Assembly (NCBI RefSeq): GCF_009914755.1
Contig: NC_060926.1
Length of the DNA: 64,000 bases
Source of the DNA: the human T2T-CHM13v2.0 reference genome, Homo sapiens
Reading direction: 5' to 3' (one strand)
The notes under the pieces are model-generated. The model searched no databases. It saw only the letters and a list, made by a program, of their open reading frames with translations, and was not told the origin of the DNA. Positions 27,671 to 41,544 of the stretch are shown here, piece after piece; position 1 is the first letter of the stretch; each line of letters begins with the position of its first letter. A program made the translations under genes and the position numbers.

Positions 27671-27899
27671 CCAGAATCTGTTCCATATTTCTAATTCTAT
27701 GTAACAGAAATAGGTTTCATTTCTCTCTTGAAAGATTTTAAGCTACAAAGTGTTCTGGAGCAATTTTACCTGTTTCATTGAGCACTATGAAGATACAACC
27801 CCAATTTGCATACTACTGAAGTTCAATGTCCATTGTCAGTACCTTGGTGAATGTAAAGGAAAGTTTTAATTTAGACTTTCTGGCTAAATTCTGCAGTTT

Positions 27900-28800
27900 T
27901 GGTGTAGACTCAAGCAACCCTCCTTGAACTCTCCAGCAATTTTTCCTACTGATCTCTTTCCCAGTCCATTCTCCTCAATCTTTTTGTAATTCTCCGTTCT
28001 CTTGGTTTTCATAACCATTCACTGCCTTCCCACTATTTTTTTGTTCCTTTGGTTTCACTTCGCTGATCTGTGATCATCTTCTGCCTAAGACCAAGCCCAT
28101 TGGTCAGGTTGCTCTGTCTCTGTTTCTATTCCTTTGGAAATTTCATGTGCTTTCAGGGCATAAATGGCCTCTTCTCTGAAGCATAGATCAGAAATTGCTA
28201 GTCCAGTTTTTATATTCCTTTAGAGAAATTCTCTCAAATTCAACTTGGCTAAAAGTTATCACCACATCTTTTTCCCCAAACTGACTGGTGACCCTGAACT
28301 TAATAGTATCATCATTCTGGTGTACTCAGACTCAAAACTTTGTATTGTGATTGACTCATTTTTACATTAGCTTCTGTATGATCAAGTAAGACCTACTGAT
28401 TTATTCATTTATTTATTTTCTGCTGAGCCGTCTCTTACACTGGCTTCTTAAAAGATATAATGCATATAAAATACTTAAAGTAAGAAATTAATACATGTTT
28501 GCCGTTATTATAATAGTACAGAATAGTACATTGAGTTACTGAAAAATCCTCCTGTTTCTACTCTATTTAATTTCTTTCTGAATTCATGGTTCACATCTCC
28601 TTATAACAATACTAGTACCATGTTATTCCCTTACTTAAGATTTTTTGATTATTTAGTACCTACCTGGCACTATCATTTCATCTCAGTATCTCAACAATGC
28701 TATTCATGATCTTTTATTCTAAGATTATCCTATTGATTCCTCAGTAAACCTCTCCTTTCACAGAGTCACTCAATTTTTTGTTTCTTCTTTCCATCTTGCC
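27900..28800 (+). mobile_element. Degraded L2 fragments
   Basis: Pyrimidine-rich; ctctcaaattcaacttggctaaa and actcagactcaaaactttg motifs. Confidence 0.5.
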
Positions 28801-29305
28801 TCCCTGACCCCCCATTCAGGGGTTAGTGTAAACTGGGAATGTTTAATCTACCTTCCTCTGTGTGTTGGTGTGAAAACCAAGCACCATATTGTTGCCCAAG
28901 GTCAATTGATAACTGCTGGAGAGACAGAGCCTTGATTCAAACTCAAATGCTGTCTTCTCATTCAAAGCCCTTTTTAATTCACCACATCTATTGCAGCATG
29001 GTATTGCTGCTGGCATATTAAATTCATGCTCAACTCACCCTGCTGTTCATTTTTCACATTAATCCAGCCTTCCTGGTGTCCTGAAACTTTTGACACAAAA
29101 CAGAAGATTTTTAATGGAGACTCAATATTTTTTAATTGTTTACAGCTGAGTGTTCTGAGTCGGTCAAGATCACATCCTCCATGATGTTCTAGGTACTGGG
29201 CAGGACTTAGTAACTACCTGCTGACCTAATGCCCACCAGAGCACAGGTTTAGGTGCTCACATTAGTAAGCCATGGAGGACATAATTTTGTCTCACTTATA
29301 CTTAA

Positions 29306-29647
<342 letters not shown>

Positions 29648-29930
29648 CTCATATAATTTAAAGCAACTTTTCTGACCATGGAGTCAGAACTATGTGTAAT
29701 GTGGCACATAGTCATATATGTAGCCCGAAAGACACTTTTACAGTGACTCAATATATAAACTTGGAGTGGGTGCAGATAATAAATGGCCAAAGGCTTAATC
29801 TGCAATCAGGAATGTGCTTATCAACAGCTTCATGTTCTTAGTGGATGCTTCTCTAGCTTTGGCCTCTAGTTTTCCTTAAAGGGTGCAAAGACAAATAATT
29901 AGGTCTTTGTTATTGGAATCTAGTTTTGTG

Positions 29931-30237
29931 GTTTTTTTTTTTTTTTTTTTTTTAATGAGACAGAGTCATGCTCTGTCATGCAGGCTGGAGTGCAGTGGCT
30001 TAATCACAGCTCCCTGCAGTCTCAAATTCCTGGGCTCAAGTGATCTTCTTCAGCCTTTTGAGTAGCTGGGACTACAGGCATGTGCCACCATGCCCAGCTA
30101 ATTTTTTAAAAACTTTTTGTAGAGATGGGGTCTCGCTATGTTGCCCAGGCTGGTCTCGAACTTCTGGCCTTAAGTGATTCTCTCACTTCATTCTTCCAAA
30201 GTGCTGGGATTACAGACATGAGCCACTATGCACAGCT
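29931..30237 (-). mobile_element. AluJ
   Basis: ctcaagtgatcttc and gtctcgctatgttgcccagg. Confidence 0.9.
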
Positions 30238-33200
30238 GAATCTCTATTTTTATATCATGTCCTCATTTACATCACAGTCTTCCTATGTGAAAAATAAGGG
30301 AAGATTTCAGTTTAAGACAGAAAAGTAGTGATGGGGACATGAGGTAAGAGAATTGGCAGAAAGAACAGGAATAATCTTTGTTTTAGAAAGTTTAAATGTG
30401 GAGCATCTGGATGAATTCAGACCTTATGCATGATCTTATATTAGATCCTGATACCTCCAACCAAGAAACAGGAAATATAAGATAACCAGTGTAGTCAATA
30501 TACAATAAGTTATATGCAGGAGAGAATAAAATTAGAAACAAAAGCAAGAAGACATGAATGAAACAACATTTTAATGTTTAGTTCTTTTTGGTAATATCTA
30601 CACAACAAAATCATTTCTCAGCATTTTCTCATAGCTATGCATAAATGCTAACATTGACTATGTGATTGGGGATAAGACTCAGAGGACTTAGTGGTTCAGA
30701 AGTGAACAGGAATTATGTCAAAGCTGTGGTCAGCAGGACAGAGTCAATTGCCTTAGAACGATACCAAGTGCAAAGTTGGTTTGCAGATGAAAAATTAGTT
30801 TCTCTTAAGCCAAGAGAATACAAATTAGCCATTAGACCACATCTTCTGCTGATTGCATTGTTCTGTCCAGCTGATGTACTCGGTGGCATGTAGATAAGAT
30901 TTTGGTATCCTTGTTTAAATCCTCATACATTTATCTGGCTTCATTCTTCGTTCATCTGTTTAGGACTATTTGGCTATTAATGAAAACAAAACTGTCTCCT
31001 GAGATAGAAATTGTTTTCAAACAGTCTCTAAGCTGACTCTGAATTTTTGTAACTGCCTCTTCTGTTACTCATATCTTTGACCTATTTTAAGTACATCATT
31101 GCCCCAGGGAAATTACTATCTCTTATTATTACATGAGATCCAATTATCCAATGCATCATTATCACATAGGAGATAACATATATGTTTTCCCCTTGAATGT
31201 TGCTTTAGAAAGATTGACTTGGTTTCCTCTATTAAAGAGAGTAATGGGATTCTCTTCTAAAAGTAGTCACTTATAGCATAATTACTTTCTCATTCAAACC
31301 CTCCTCAGATGTGCCATTTGTCCTCTTAGTACAAAGCAGTTATTGAACTATTATTGATATGATTAACAGTATTTCAGCTTCTCCAAATTTAATGATAAAC
31401 TCCAAATGATAATTATAAGCTATTAAAATCAGCTTATAATGTGTTTTATCTTTCATAGTCCATATAATCCCAAGACGTAGAGGATCAATTAACTTTAAAA
31501 TAAGTTTAATAGAAAAGGTCTATTAATATTTTAATCATGCTGTCTGAAGTTACCATATTTATTTTCCACCCCCTGGAAAATAGCATCATTCTGATCATCT
31601 TCATACAAATAAGTTTCTCACCAGACTAAAAGAAAACCTGTGCCCCCAACTGCCTTACTTGGTTTGATCTAGCATCCTCTTCTTTGTTTTAATATAATAT
31701 CTAGCATTTCTTAACTGATTTCCATCCCAAGATCATCTCTACCCACTTAGGAAAGATTTGGTTGTAAAGTAACATTTATTTGAGAAGTTTAGGATGCCTG
31801 GATGAGTACATGTGACCAAAAAGGAGAGAGGGATGGAAACGGAAATAGAGAAGGGAGGTGGTCATTCGCATGACAAAGGTTCTTGGGAGCAGCAGTTACT
31901 TAAATCCACCTTTCCACTAGCCTCCTTCCTTAGGATGATTTGCTTTGCTCTAATCTTTTTGAATTTGGAGAGGAGCTCTTGAAGATCTCTGTACCTCTGC
32001 AGTCGAGGGCCTGGGTTAATGAAGAGTACACATTTACGATTTGTTTGTGCAATCTGTTCACTGCACAGCTCTGGCCTATAATCATTGCTCAGTTAACCAC
32101 TGTACCTTTCACGTCAAAGTATGGCCATCACCCCTCTGGAATTCTCCAGTCAAATGTGTCCATTGACAACATTTCTGTAAGGACAAAGCTCATATCATTG
32201 GTAGTTTAGGCTTTTGATTGACAAAGAAGGACAACGATAGACCTCCCTCAATGGAGCCGAGTGACTAGAAAGAAGTGTGGTCTAGCCTCAAAATGGAGGA
32301 GTTCCTTAGCCATCCTATCAAATTACATAATGCATGCAAAATCCAAGATGCACTTAGGAATGTTTACACAAGTTAGTGGTCATCTAACAACCGAACAGGC
32401 ACCTTCAACACAAAGATGAATGGAAACAGAGCCTGCACTTGAGGAGCAACTATTCTAACAGACAGATCGCAAGAGGTGCCTGGAATATGATCAGCACTCA
32501 TACATGTCTGAATTAAAATACAGTTAAGTAACTAATTGTCCAAAATGAAGGGAGAAATTAGAGCACCCTAGGTTTATCAAAGTAAACGTCACAGAGGAAA
32601 GAAGAAAGTCAGTGTCAAAAAATGAACAAGATGTAGAATTAGTCTGTAGTTAATTATACGGTCAGGATTTAATTCATTTCACTAATTACTCCTCAGCTGC
32701 TCTACTGCTTGAGTGGTTTACAGTTGCTAATATTATAGCCTGGCTCGGGTTGCATGTGTTTCTACATAAAGCCTGTGTCAGGGTCTGCTAGTAGGTGATA
32801 AATGTAAGTGGATTCCTCTCTTCCTGAGTGTGCTGCAGAGAATTTACCATGTCCTGGGAATTAGCAAGTGAAAAACATTTTTTTTTTTTTTAACTTGTGA
32901 GGCCAAGTGAGGAATGGAATCAGGGTTAAATCCAAACAAAGCTTGGCCCTCTCAGTTTTGAAAATCTACTTGTTGCTCTTTAATCATTGAGTTCTCAAGA
33001 TCATGGATTGAACCAGCAGGACTAAAATTCTGGTGAGCTTCAATTACAGGTATCTCCAAAATTTATGTCACTTGTAGTATACCGCTATTGAGAATTGTCC
33101 TAATATTTTATGTTGATTGGTATGTGTAAAAGTCTTTATGTATATTTACATTTTTAGCAACACAAATAAATGTGTCCTAAATTTATTGGATCATGTGCCT

Positions 33201-33707
33201 ACTGTGTTGTTTAAAACTAATCTTATCTTTATAATAACTCTATAATTATTTATATTCTCCCATTACAAAGGAGAAAACTGCTCATTCTACTTTGTCCTTA
33301 CAGTTTCTGCAGAACACAATGTCACACGCATGCTTTGGATGAGCATGAGCTTCAGAAAGCATGTTGAAGCCATATGTCTCCAAGATGATTTTTGCATTTA
33401 ACCACCCTGGCCAACAGTGTAGGTTTTTTCTCCCCCATTAGCACTGGCACCCATTGGGGCAAGAACTTAATGAATGTGCCTTGATTGAATTAAGAGATGA
33501 TTATATTCTCTTAAATAGAAGCACATTTTTTTAAATGCCCCTTAAATCCTACAATGACAGCCAATAAAACAAGCTGGAAAATCTATGCCAGGTTAAAGTT
33601 TCCTTTGCTTCCCTTAAGTAACCCCTAGAAAGCAAAATCTCTAGGATTCGAATGGACTAGAAATTTATGGCAGAAACGGCTTCATCCTCTACTGAAGTCT
33701 TCTTTTC

Positions 33708-33995
33708 TTTGTTGAGACAGAGTCTCACTCTGTTGCCCAGGCTAGAGTGCAGTGGAGTGATCTTGACTCACTGCAACCTCTGCCTCCCGGGTTAAAGCTA
33801 TTCTTCTGCCTCAGCCTCCAGAGTAGCTGAGATTACAGGTGTCTGCCACCACACCCAGCTAATGTTTGTATTTTTAGTAGAGACCGGGTCTCACCATGTT
33901 GGCCAGGCTGGTCTCAAACTCCTGACCTTAGGAGATCCACCTGCCTTGGCCTCCCAAAGTGCTGGGATTACAGGCGTGAGCCATCACAGCTGGCC
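33708..33995 (-). mobile_element. AluSx/Sz
   Basis: Full dimer; TSD approximately cttcttttctt. Confidence 0.92.
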
Positions 33996-35502
33996 CAGAA
34001 ACCTTCTTTTCTTATGAGCACCTCAAGATAGCTGGGCCTTTTACAATAAGTTATCCTTTAAAATGCAAAAAAGAACACAGGTAAACAAATCTTGACACAG
34101 GAGTCCATTTTTCTGCTTACAGGAAATATGCATTTCCAAAGCTCTTTGAAACACACTGACACCTTCTTTTAAAACATTCTCAGTAAATAAATTTTCATCA
34201 GTAATTTTTAAATTATAAGGCCACATAAGTGGACTACTAAAAGGAGAACTGAGAGAAATCTTCTGTTGCATATCCTTTTTCTTAGCTTGTATTCGCCTTT
34301 CAAAATCTTAAGATACAATATTTTCCTATGTGAGCTCATTAATTCCTTCCAAGGAATGAACAATTTGCAGGATGACCAAGGAAGCCACAAAATGTGGGAA
34401 TCTAGTTTATGAACAAATGTATTGACCTTAAGATCAGTGTTATAGAAAAGTTACATAGTTGCTTCTTAGAATCATTAGGCAACTATCTGCTGGCATTTTA
34501 GTCCATTCCAATGAAAAAAGGCATGTGGCAATATAAAAACAATAGCACCATTAAAGATAAGTAGTCCTGAGCCTTACATTCCTATAATAATAATATTGGC
34601 CTTTTGCCTCGGTTACAGCAAATCTATTAAATATTCATGTCGATGTTTATTTTCTAAATGTAAAATGGAATCAGGATAACAAATAAAGTCTACCATCTGG
34701 TGATAATATTGGTTATATATTATATTTTTTTGTTTTGTGGGCTTTTATACGTTTGATTCAAGGTAGCTTACTGAATAATGCATAAACGTCTTTAAAAATG
34801 CATTTGAATAGTTGACGTTATAGTTGGTTGTCAGGGTCTTCTCTTGAACTAAAAAGTAGTGATTTTCTTTTTGTACTGAACAAAACTACGGAGAAGATAG
34901 CCATTAAAAACCTAATTGGTTTTGAGTCAAAATATTTTTATGATGTAGATTCTATGTAAGTGAGTTCACTTTCTAAGAGGAAATCACAATAGTCTCTATA
35001 AAGGTTAGGTTTCCTGATGCTTCTTCTTAGGAGAGCTTTGTGTGTGTGTGTGTGGATTGTGAGTAATCTAAAAATAATCTAAAGATCTAAGACATAGGCT
35101 GTATTTACAAAATCTAAAATTACAAAATGATATATAGCTATGGAGAATGACATATCTTTTTGTTATAGTTTTGCCTTTTGGAAGGGATCATTTTTATCTT
35201 TCTATTCATCATAAACTGGTGGTACATATATTTACACTTTACTTCGGAGGCAGAATAGATATTAAAGGTTTAGCTTCTTTCTTTAGGGCTTTCTAAGTAG
35301 TGACTGTCCATAAAGCTGCCACAGTCTGAGTTCTGATTTTCAGTTCTAGATGCTCAGGAACTTGACTGTATAAACATACCTTGCGATTTTTCATGTTTGG
35401 TGGTAAACCGTCTTTAATTAAGCAAACTCATAGAAGATGGATTGATAGTGCGAAATCCCCATTTATTAATTTCCAACAAGAAACATAAGCACAAATTAGA
35501 CT

Positions 35503-35680
35503 CTGGGCCAGCTACGTTATTGGTAGAGCCCAGTGCAAAATGAAAATATTCAGCCCTCTGTTCAAAATGATCAGGAATTTCAAGGTAGTGATGGTAGAGT
35601 ATTAAACCAAGCACAAGGCCATTCTACGAGAGGGGGCCTTGTCCAACTGAGTAGGTTACATGCTCATGAAGCTGGCCCTG
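35503..35680 (-). mobile_element. MER45A (hAT-Tip100 MITE)
   Basis: TIRs ctgggccagct and agctggccctg; 8-bp TSD attagact/attaaact. Confidence 0.88.
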
Positions 35681-36351
35681 ATTAAACTCATACATCTGTC
35701 AAAGGTTTCTTTTAAGTATAGAAATAGGGTAGAGGGATTTGGAGATATACCTGCATTCCTGACAACACCAGTTGAATTACTCTTTCCAGCATTACAGTGT
35801 ATGGAAACACATTAGCACTTCCTACTGTTGGTTCATTTTATTTAGCTCACTGCCCTTCTGCTGTAGCGAGGCAGTCGCTCTTTCCATCATGTTACAATCC
35901 AGTTGAGCTGCTAACAGCTTTTTGCAAAACACTGCGTCTTCTTAATTGGATTCAGTAGATGACCTAGTCTCATCAGCTGCACTTTGAAAACACACCTAAG
36001 TGTACATTATATTTTATACATAATTGGCGGGCTTTTAGTAATTTCCATTTCAGAGGATTGCCTTTCTCAGTCCTATCCCTGGACTGAGAAGAAACTTATA
36101 ACAATCCTCTCTGCACTGACTAGGCTTTATGTATTTATTTAATATGTCTTTATTGAGTACCTACTATGTATGCATTGGGTGCTATAGTATTTAATATTAT
36201 ATCACACATTTTTCACTGAGAATAAACACATGTATTTGTCTGTTATGTTGGGCATATATATTAGTTGGGAGAGTTTTGATTACATTAATAAAATCCAACT
36301 CAAACTACCCTAAAAATAGATAGAAAGAAAGAAAAATAGATGGATGGATGG

Positions 36352-36720
36352 TGAAATGGTTTGGCTGTGTCCCCACCCAAATCTCATCTTGAATTGAAAC
36401 TCCCACTAGTCCCATGTGTCATAGGAGGAACCCAGTGGGAGGTGATTGAATTATGGGGCTAGGTCTTTCCTGTGCTGTTCTCATGCTAGTAAATGAGTCT
36501 CATGAGATCTGATGGTTTTAAAAACGGGAGTTTCTCTGCACAAGATCTCTCTTTGTCTGCTGCCATCCATGTAAGATGTGACTTGCTCCCCCTTGCCTTC
36601 TGCCATGATTGTGAGGCCTCCCCAGCCATATGGAACTATAAGTCCATTAAACCTCTTTCTTTTGTAAATTGCCCAGTTTCAGGTATGTCTTTATCAGCAG
36701 CATGAAAACATACTAGTACA
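36352..36720 (+). mobile_element. THE1B solo LTR
   Basis: tgaaatggtttggctgtgtccccacccaaatctc...catactagtaca. Confidence 0.93.
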
Positions 36721-36749
36721 GACGCATAGACAGACAGACGGGACAGATG

Positions 36750-36805
<56 letters not shown>
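36750..36805 (+). repeat. (GATA)11 AATA (GATA)2 tetranucleotide STR
   Basis: Read directly from sequence. Confidence 0.95.
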
Positions 36806-37061
36806 GGTGTTTTCAAGTTTGGCTGATTCAGTAGTACAAAACATGCGATTAGAACCTCCTCCTTCTCATCCTCCTACTCCTACTTCTCCTCCTCTCTTAT
36901 TCTCCCTATTATCTCATTTTTTATGATCTGTATTTATTGTCAAAGCAGGCTCCCTCCATGTGGTGGAAAAAATAAACTCAAATACCTCCAAGCTCACATG
37001 CCAGAGGGAGAGAACATCTCCCTGTTTGAGCATCCAAAATGATTATTTCAAAAGATGCCCA

Positions 37062-37189
37062 TTGGCCTTACTCAGGTCACATGCCTACGCTGAACCAATC
37101 AATGCATTCTGGGGCCTGGCATACATTTGGCCTTACTCAGGTCACATGCCTACGCTGAACCAATCAATGCATTCTGGGGCCTGGCATAC
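37062..37189 (+). repeat. Perfect 63-bp tandem duplication with an AT spacer
   Basis: 37062-37124 is identical to 37127-37189. Confidence 0.95.
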
Positions 37190-40039
37190 TATTATTAGCT
37201 ACCTATGAGACCATGATTGACAGCCTCACTGGGAAGTGAAAGGGCAGTTTACGAAAGGAAAAAGGAGAGGTTTCGTTACCAGAGAAGGAGGAAGGAATTC
37301 TGGCATGGTAAAAACAATAGATGTCTCCTCCAGCATGACTACATTAGAACCCTATGGTGGAGTGTAAAGAGGGCTTAAGATTTGAACTCTGGAGAAAGTT
37401 ATGTGCTACTAAGAAAGTTATGTGCTGCTGTGTATGGGAATGGGGTCAAATCGCTGTGGTCAGAAGAGCAAATCATTTTGATTCTTTAGGAAAAAACACA
37501 AAGCAAATAGACTGACTTGTTATATGACTCTCAGAAGAAACTCCAGAAAGTCTACAATTCAGCTACCAATTTTGTCCAATCTCACCTCATATGTAGACAG
37601 ACAATACGTGATTTTTTTGAACTTGGCCAAATGTTTAACTCATAGAATCTAGAGTTCCCAGTCTAGAAAATGGCTGTATATGCTTATTGTACAGCCTTTC
37701 ACCAAAGACAGAAGGAGGCCAGCACTTTCAGGGTTGAAGATAGGACTTGGGTTTTGATACTTCTAAAAGTTGCATTATTTCTTGTATGCCTCTCTAAATC
37801 TATTTCTAAATTCCAAATAAACCATATTTTGGCCACTTCTCCTGACCCTCTATGAGAAATGTCCAGAGTCACTCACACATGGTTCATACCAAACAACATT
37901 TAGCATTGTGTAGAGTTGATATTTCCAAGTACTTATAAATTTTTTTCTTGAATTTTATCCTTACAATAAACTTTGAATAAAGGTAATAGTATTATTATAT
38001 AATGCTAAGGGACTTGGCTAGAAGTAAACAGCTCTCATGAATAAACTTGTACGCAGGTATTATGATAATTGATTTTGTCAGCATTCCATTTCTGCCTCTC
38101 TTCATGTAAGATAAGGTACAGCAACATAAAAAGCTGCCATACTCCACACACAAAAGATGCGCTCATGTCTCTTTCAAGCACCACTCCTTCCACCACACCC
38201 ACACTCCAAGAGTTTGAAAGTGCACTCTGGCCCATATGACAACACATTAGAAAAAATGTCTCTCCTGTGTATATTCTTTATCTGTGGGGTGATGGGACCC
38301 TGAAGCTTGTCTCCAAAACTCCTCAATTGCATCAAGCAACACTTCTGAGAGCCACGGTGACAGCTGATGCTTATCCTATTTGAGCCGAGAAGGGGAGGCA
38401 CACTTTTCCTTCTGCTCCTTTGCAGGGATGCTTGAACAGGTTTAGGAGACAGTAGGTCTCACCTCATGTTTATAATCTTAAAGAGGCATTGCAGTCACTG
38501 AAAATCTGAGATCAGTGAATCATCGCCAAATTACTGAGAAGTAATAGTTGCAACAACTATTACAGCTTTTTGCAAAACAACAATACCACAACCACCACCA
38601 ACAAAATCAGTACCAGAAGAGTCTGCTAACTCCAGCATCTTATCAATACTGCTGTGGTCATTTCAGCATGGTCTAAATGCTATTGTCATCTTGGTGTAGA
38701 GTCTCAAAGAAGGAGGTTTTTAGGGACTGGGGCCACTGCATCAAAGAGACAGTGTTGACATTGGGCTGATGACAAGGGCTGCAGGAGCAGGTTCTTACTG
38801 GACAACAAAGAAATTCTCATAGTGTGGATTTGTCACAGACATGGCACTCAGGGAGAAGAGACAGAGAGACAGAGAGTTTATATATGTCATTTTTATTTTT
38901 TTTAACCTCAGGTGTAGAAGAAGAACAGGATAAAAGTTAAATAAATGATATGGAGTTAAGTCCCAGGAACCAACTAAGGAAAATTAAAAATAGCAAGATC
39001 CCTAAATAGAGTGTCAGGGCTGTCTGCTGCCTAGGGTCCTGGAGACTAGACATTCCAGGGAATCTACCAGGGCCCTAAGAAGGCTTTTGTTTTCTCCCTT
39101 AATGGATTCTCTCAGCACTTAAACAGCCCTAAATATCTCTAATGGCATTGACGTTCCCAAAAGACAAGTTGGCAGTTATCTATGAGCAATCATCTTTTCA
39201 GAATGCTGTGGTTCTTCCCTGGGTGTGTTCCTCACAGCTCTGAGACCAACAGGGATGCCATCTTGGCTCCTAAAAGAAGGAAAAGCTGTGATTCTATTTC
39301 AGAATCTTTTGCTGAAACTTGCTCAAAGCAGTCTCCATTTGTAAAATGTCATTAAAATAATCTTGTTTGCATTAAATAATGATATCAGAAAGAGCATAGC
39401 TATTCATAGTACAGGCTTCAGGTATAATTTAACCCATTAAAAAATAATTCTTTCACTGCTCCCTTATTCTTAACAACACATGGGTTTTTTAAATGTTATC
39501 TTATTTTTAAGACTTGTCAAACCAAAAATGCTTCAGTCCAACCTTTCTACCCTTCAAGTTCAGAGGCTGTTCCCCATCAATCCTTCTTCTTCTCTCCTCA
39601 CTCATTCATTCAAAGCTGCCCTCAGGCAAAATTGTGAAGTCTGTGTTACTTGCCTGCAGTTTCCCTTTATCCCTCTTTCACCACTTTTCTCTGCTTTTTT
39701 AAGAGCCCTTGCCTTCCCTTCCCTTGGGCATTCAGTGTTCTTGAACTGTCTGGCTGTTAAGAAGCCTCTTCAGTAGTGACAATCTAGTCATTAACCCACA
39801 CTCAGGACGGCTCATTCCAGGATCCCTAGAGGACAACAACAAGTAGGATCAGACCCTCTGAAAGCCCGTTGCAAGCTGTGAAACCCTGGGCAACTCAGTC
39901 ACTCTGAGCCTTACTTTTCCCATCTGTTCAATGAAACAATACTTGCTTCAAAATCCCCCCTCACATCTGGAGTCCCCCTCACCCCCTACTTGCCCTCACC
40001 ATCCTACTTGCCCTCACCTCTTTGCTTCACCAGCTCTCT

Positions 40040-40350
40040 TCGGGCGGGCTCTCCCTTACTCTTTATCAAGTTTTAGCTTAAATTTTATTTTGGGGAGATC
40101 TTCCCCAACCAGCCTAAGAAGCTACTTCCCTTCTACTCTAATGGACGCAATTGGAAATACATAATTATATTATGTTATTTCATTCATCTGGTTGATATTA
40201 ACTTTTTTTTTTAACAGTCTGCCTCCTCTACCAGACTGTAAGCTCTGTGAGGGCAGGTGTCCTATCTTATTCCAACCTCACTGCTACTCCAGACTCTAGC
40301 ACAACACAGAGTACTTGGCACTGGAAAGTACTCAATACACATTTTGTTTA
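40040..40350 (+). mobile_element. L2 3' end
   Basis: ctaccagactgtaagctctgtgagggcagg...cttggcac...gtactcaata. Confidence 0.75.
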
Positions 40351-40459
40351 ACCTCTGTGAGCATGTGCAGAGATAAACTAAGACCACCCTAACCAGAACA
40401 GAGGCATTTCCTTCAGATTGTGGTAGAGCTAAGAGAGTCAGTCACCTTCTCTTGTGCTT

Positions 40460-40735
40460 TACAGAGACTCAAAGGCTGATGGAGTTTTATAGTGAAAAAG
40501 GGGGAAGACATTATTAAGCTCTGATTGGAGGTTGTCAGCATAGGGAAGCTGGAGGTAGGTGTCTTATGTGATTGGTTTGAGGAGTATATTTGGCTTTCTC
40601 AGTTGGTCCTGAGTTAGGAGTGATGGCAAGGAGTAGACCAGCTATCATTCATCGACCAAATCTGGATGTTCTGGGCTGATTCCTGTGGAGGTTGAAGGTC
40701 AGAGGTCTATTGTCACATGTGGTCTGGCCATTTAG
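40460..40735 (-). mobile_element. ERV1 LTR fragment (MER31/MER67-like)
   Basis: ttttatagtgaaaaaggggg...ctctgattggagg...tgtgattggtt...tatttggctttctc. Confidence 0.55.
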
Positions 40736-41544
40736 TCTCTCATAGGATTCCTTCTCCTTTCTTTCTATACCCAGTGCATAACCTATTCTTTCAAACAATG
40801 TACAAAGGGAATATATTGATTAGCTTAAAATAAGCTGTTAATATATGATAATATATCCAGGCATATCCATTTCAAAGAGAATTGGCATTTATTAGAGCTA
40901 TCGAGGACTCAAACAAAGGAATGGATAAGAATAATGAAGACCAGTGAGAAGAGCAATATTTAGGAGATGGTTTCCTAATCAAATTGCACTGCAGGAATCA
41001 TCCTTAGTTTTCTCTTTAAAATGTACAAAGGATAATGGGTTAATCTCTTAAAAGGTATAAATCTCAGTTATGGGAGACCAAATAAGAGACATTTGATGCC
41101 TGTGCATTGACGCCAAGACACACCATGCACATTGTCACCCCTAAAGTCCCGGTGTCCCTGGGGCTCTGTGTCTGGGGCCCTTTGCCCCTTATTGTCTCTA
41201 ATCGAGGCTCAGCCCTTCAAGACACACAACCAAGAGTCATCCCTCTCCAGGCAGTCACTGCCAGCAGCTCCTCTGCTGTCCTCTAAATTTCTGAATTTCT
41301 TATCTGTGTCACTCAACACTTTAATGACACTTTGCAGTGGGATATTTCTTATGTTCATGTTTTTTCTTATCAGTTAAATTGGAAGTTTCTGTGACTTTTG
41401 TGTATCTACCACAGAAACTATAATAGATACACACTCAATTGATTCAGCTATATAAATGCTTTCCTCTATTAATAACCATAGGAAATCAATAGACATTAAC
41501 ACTTAAAAGAAAAAAATAAGATTATTTTACCTTGCATATGTGTG

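Larger units (their letters stand above)
36255..37332 (-). mobile_element. Old MLT1 (J/K-like) LTR interrupted by THE1B and microsatellites
   Basis: aatccaactcaaact on the left; ggtcacatgcctacgctgaaccaatca and aaaacaatagatgtc on the right. Confidence 0.6.

Noticed and set aside
37062-37189. Direct repeats considered as a CRISPR-like array
   Set aside because: Only two adjacent copies, no spacers, no cas genes, and the context is primate genomic DNA.
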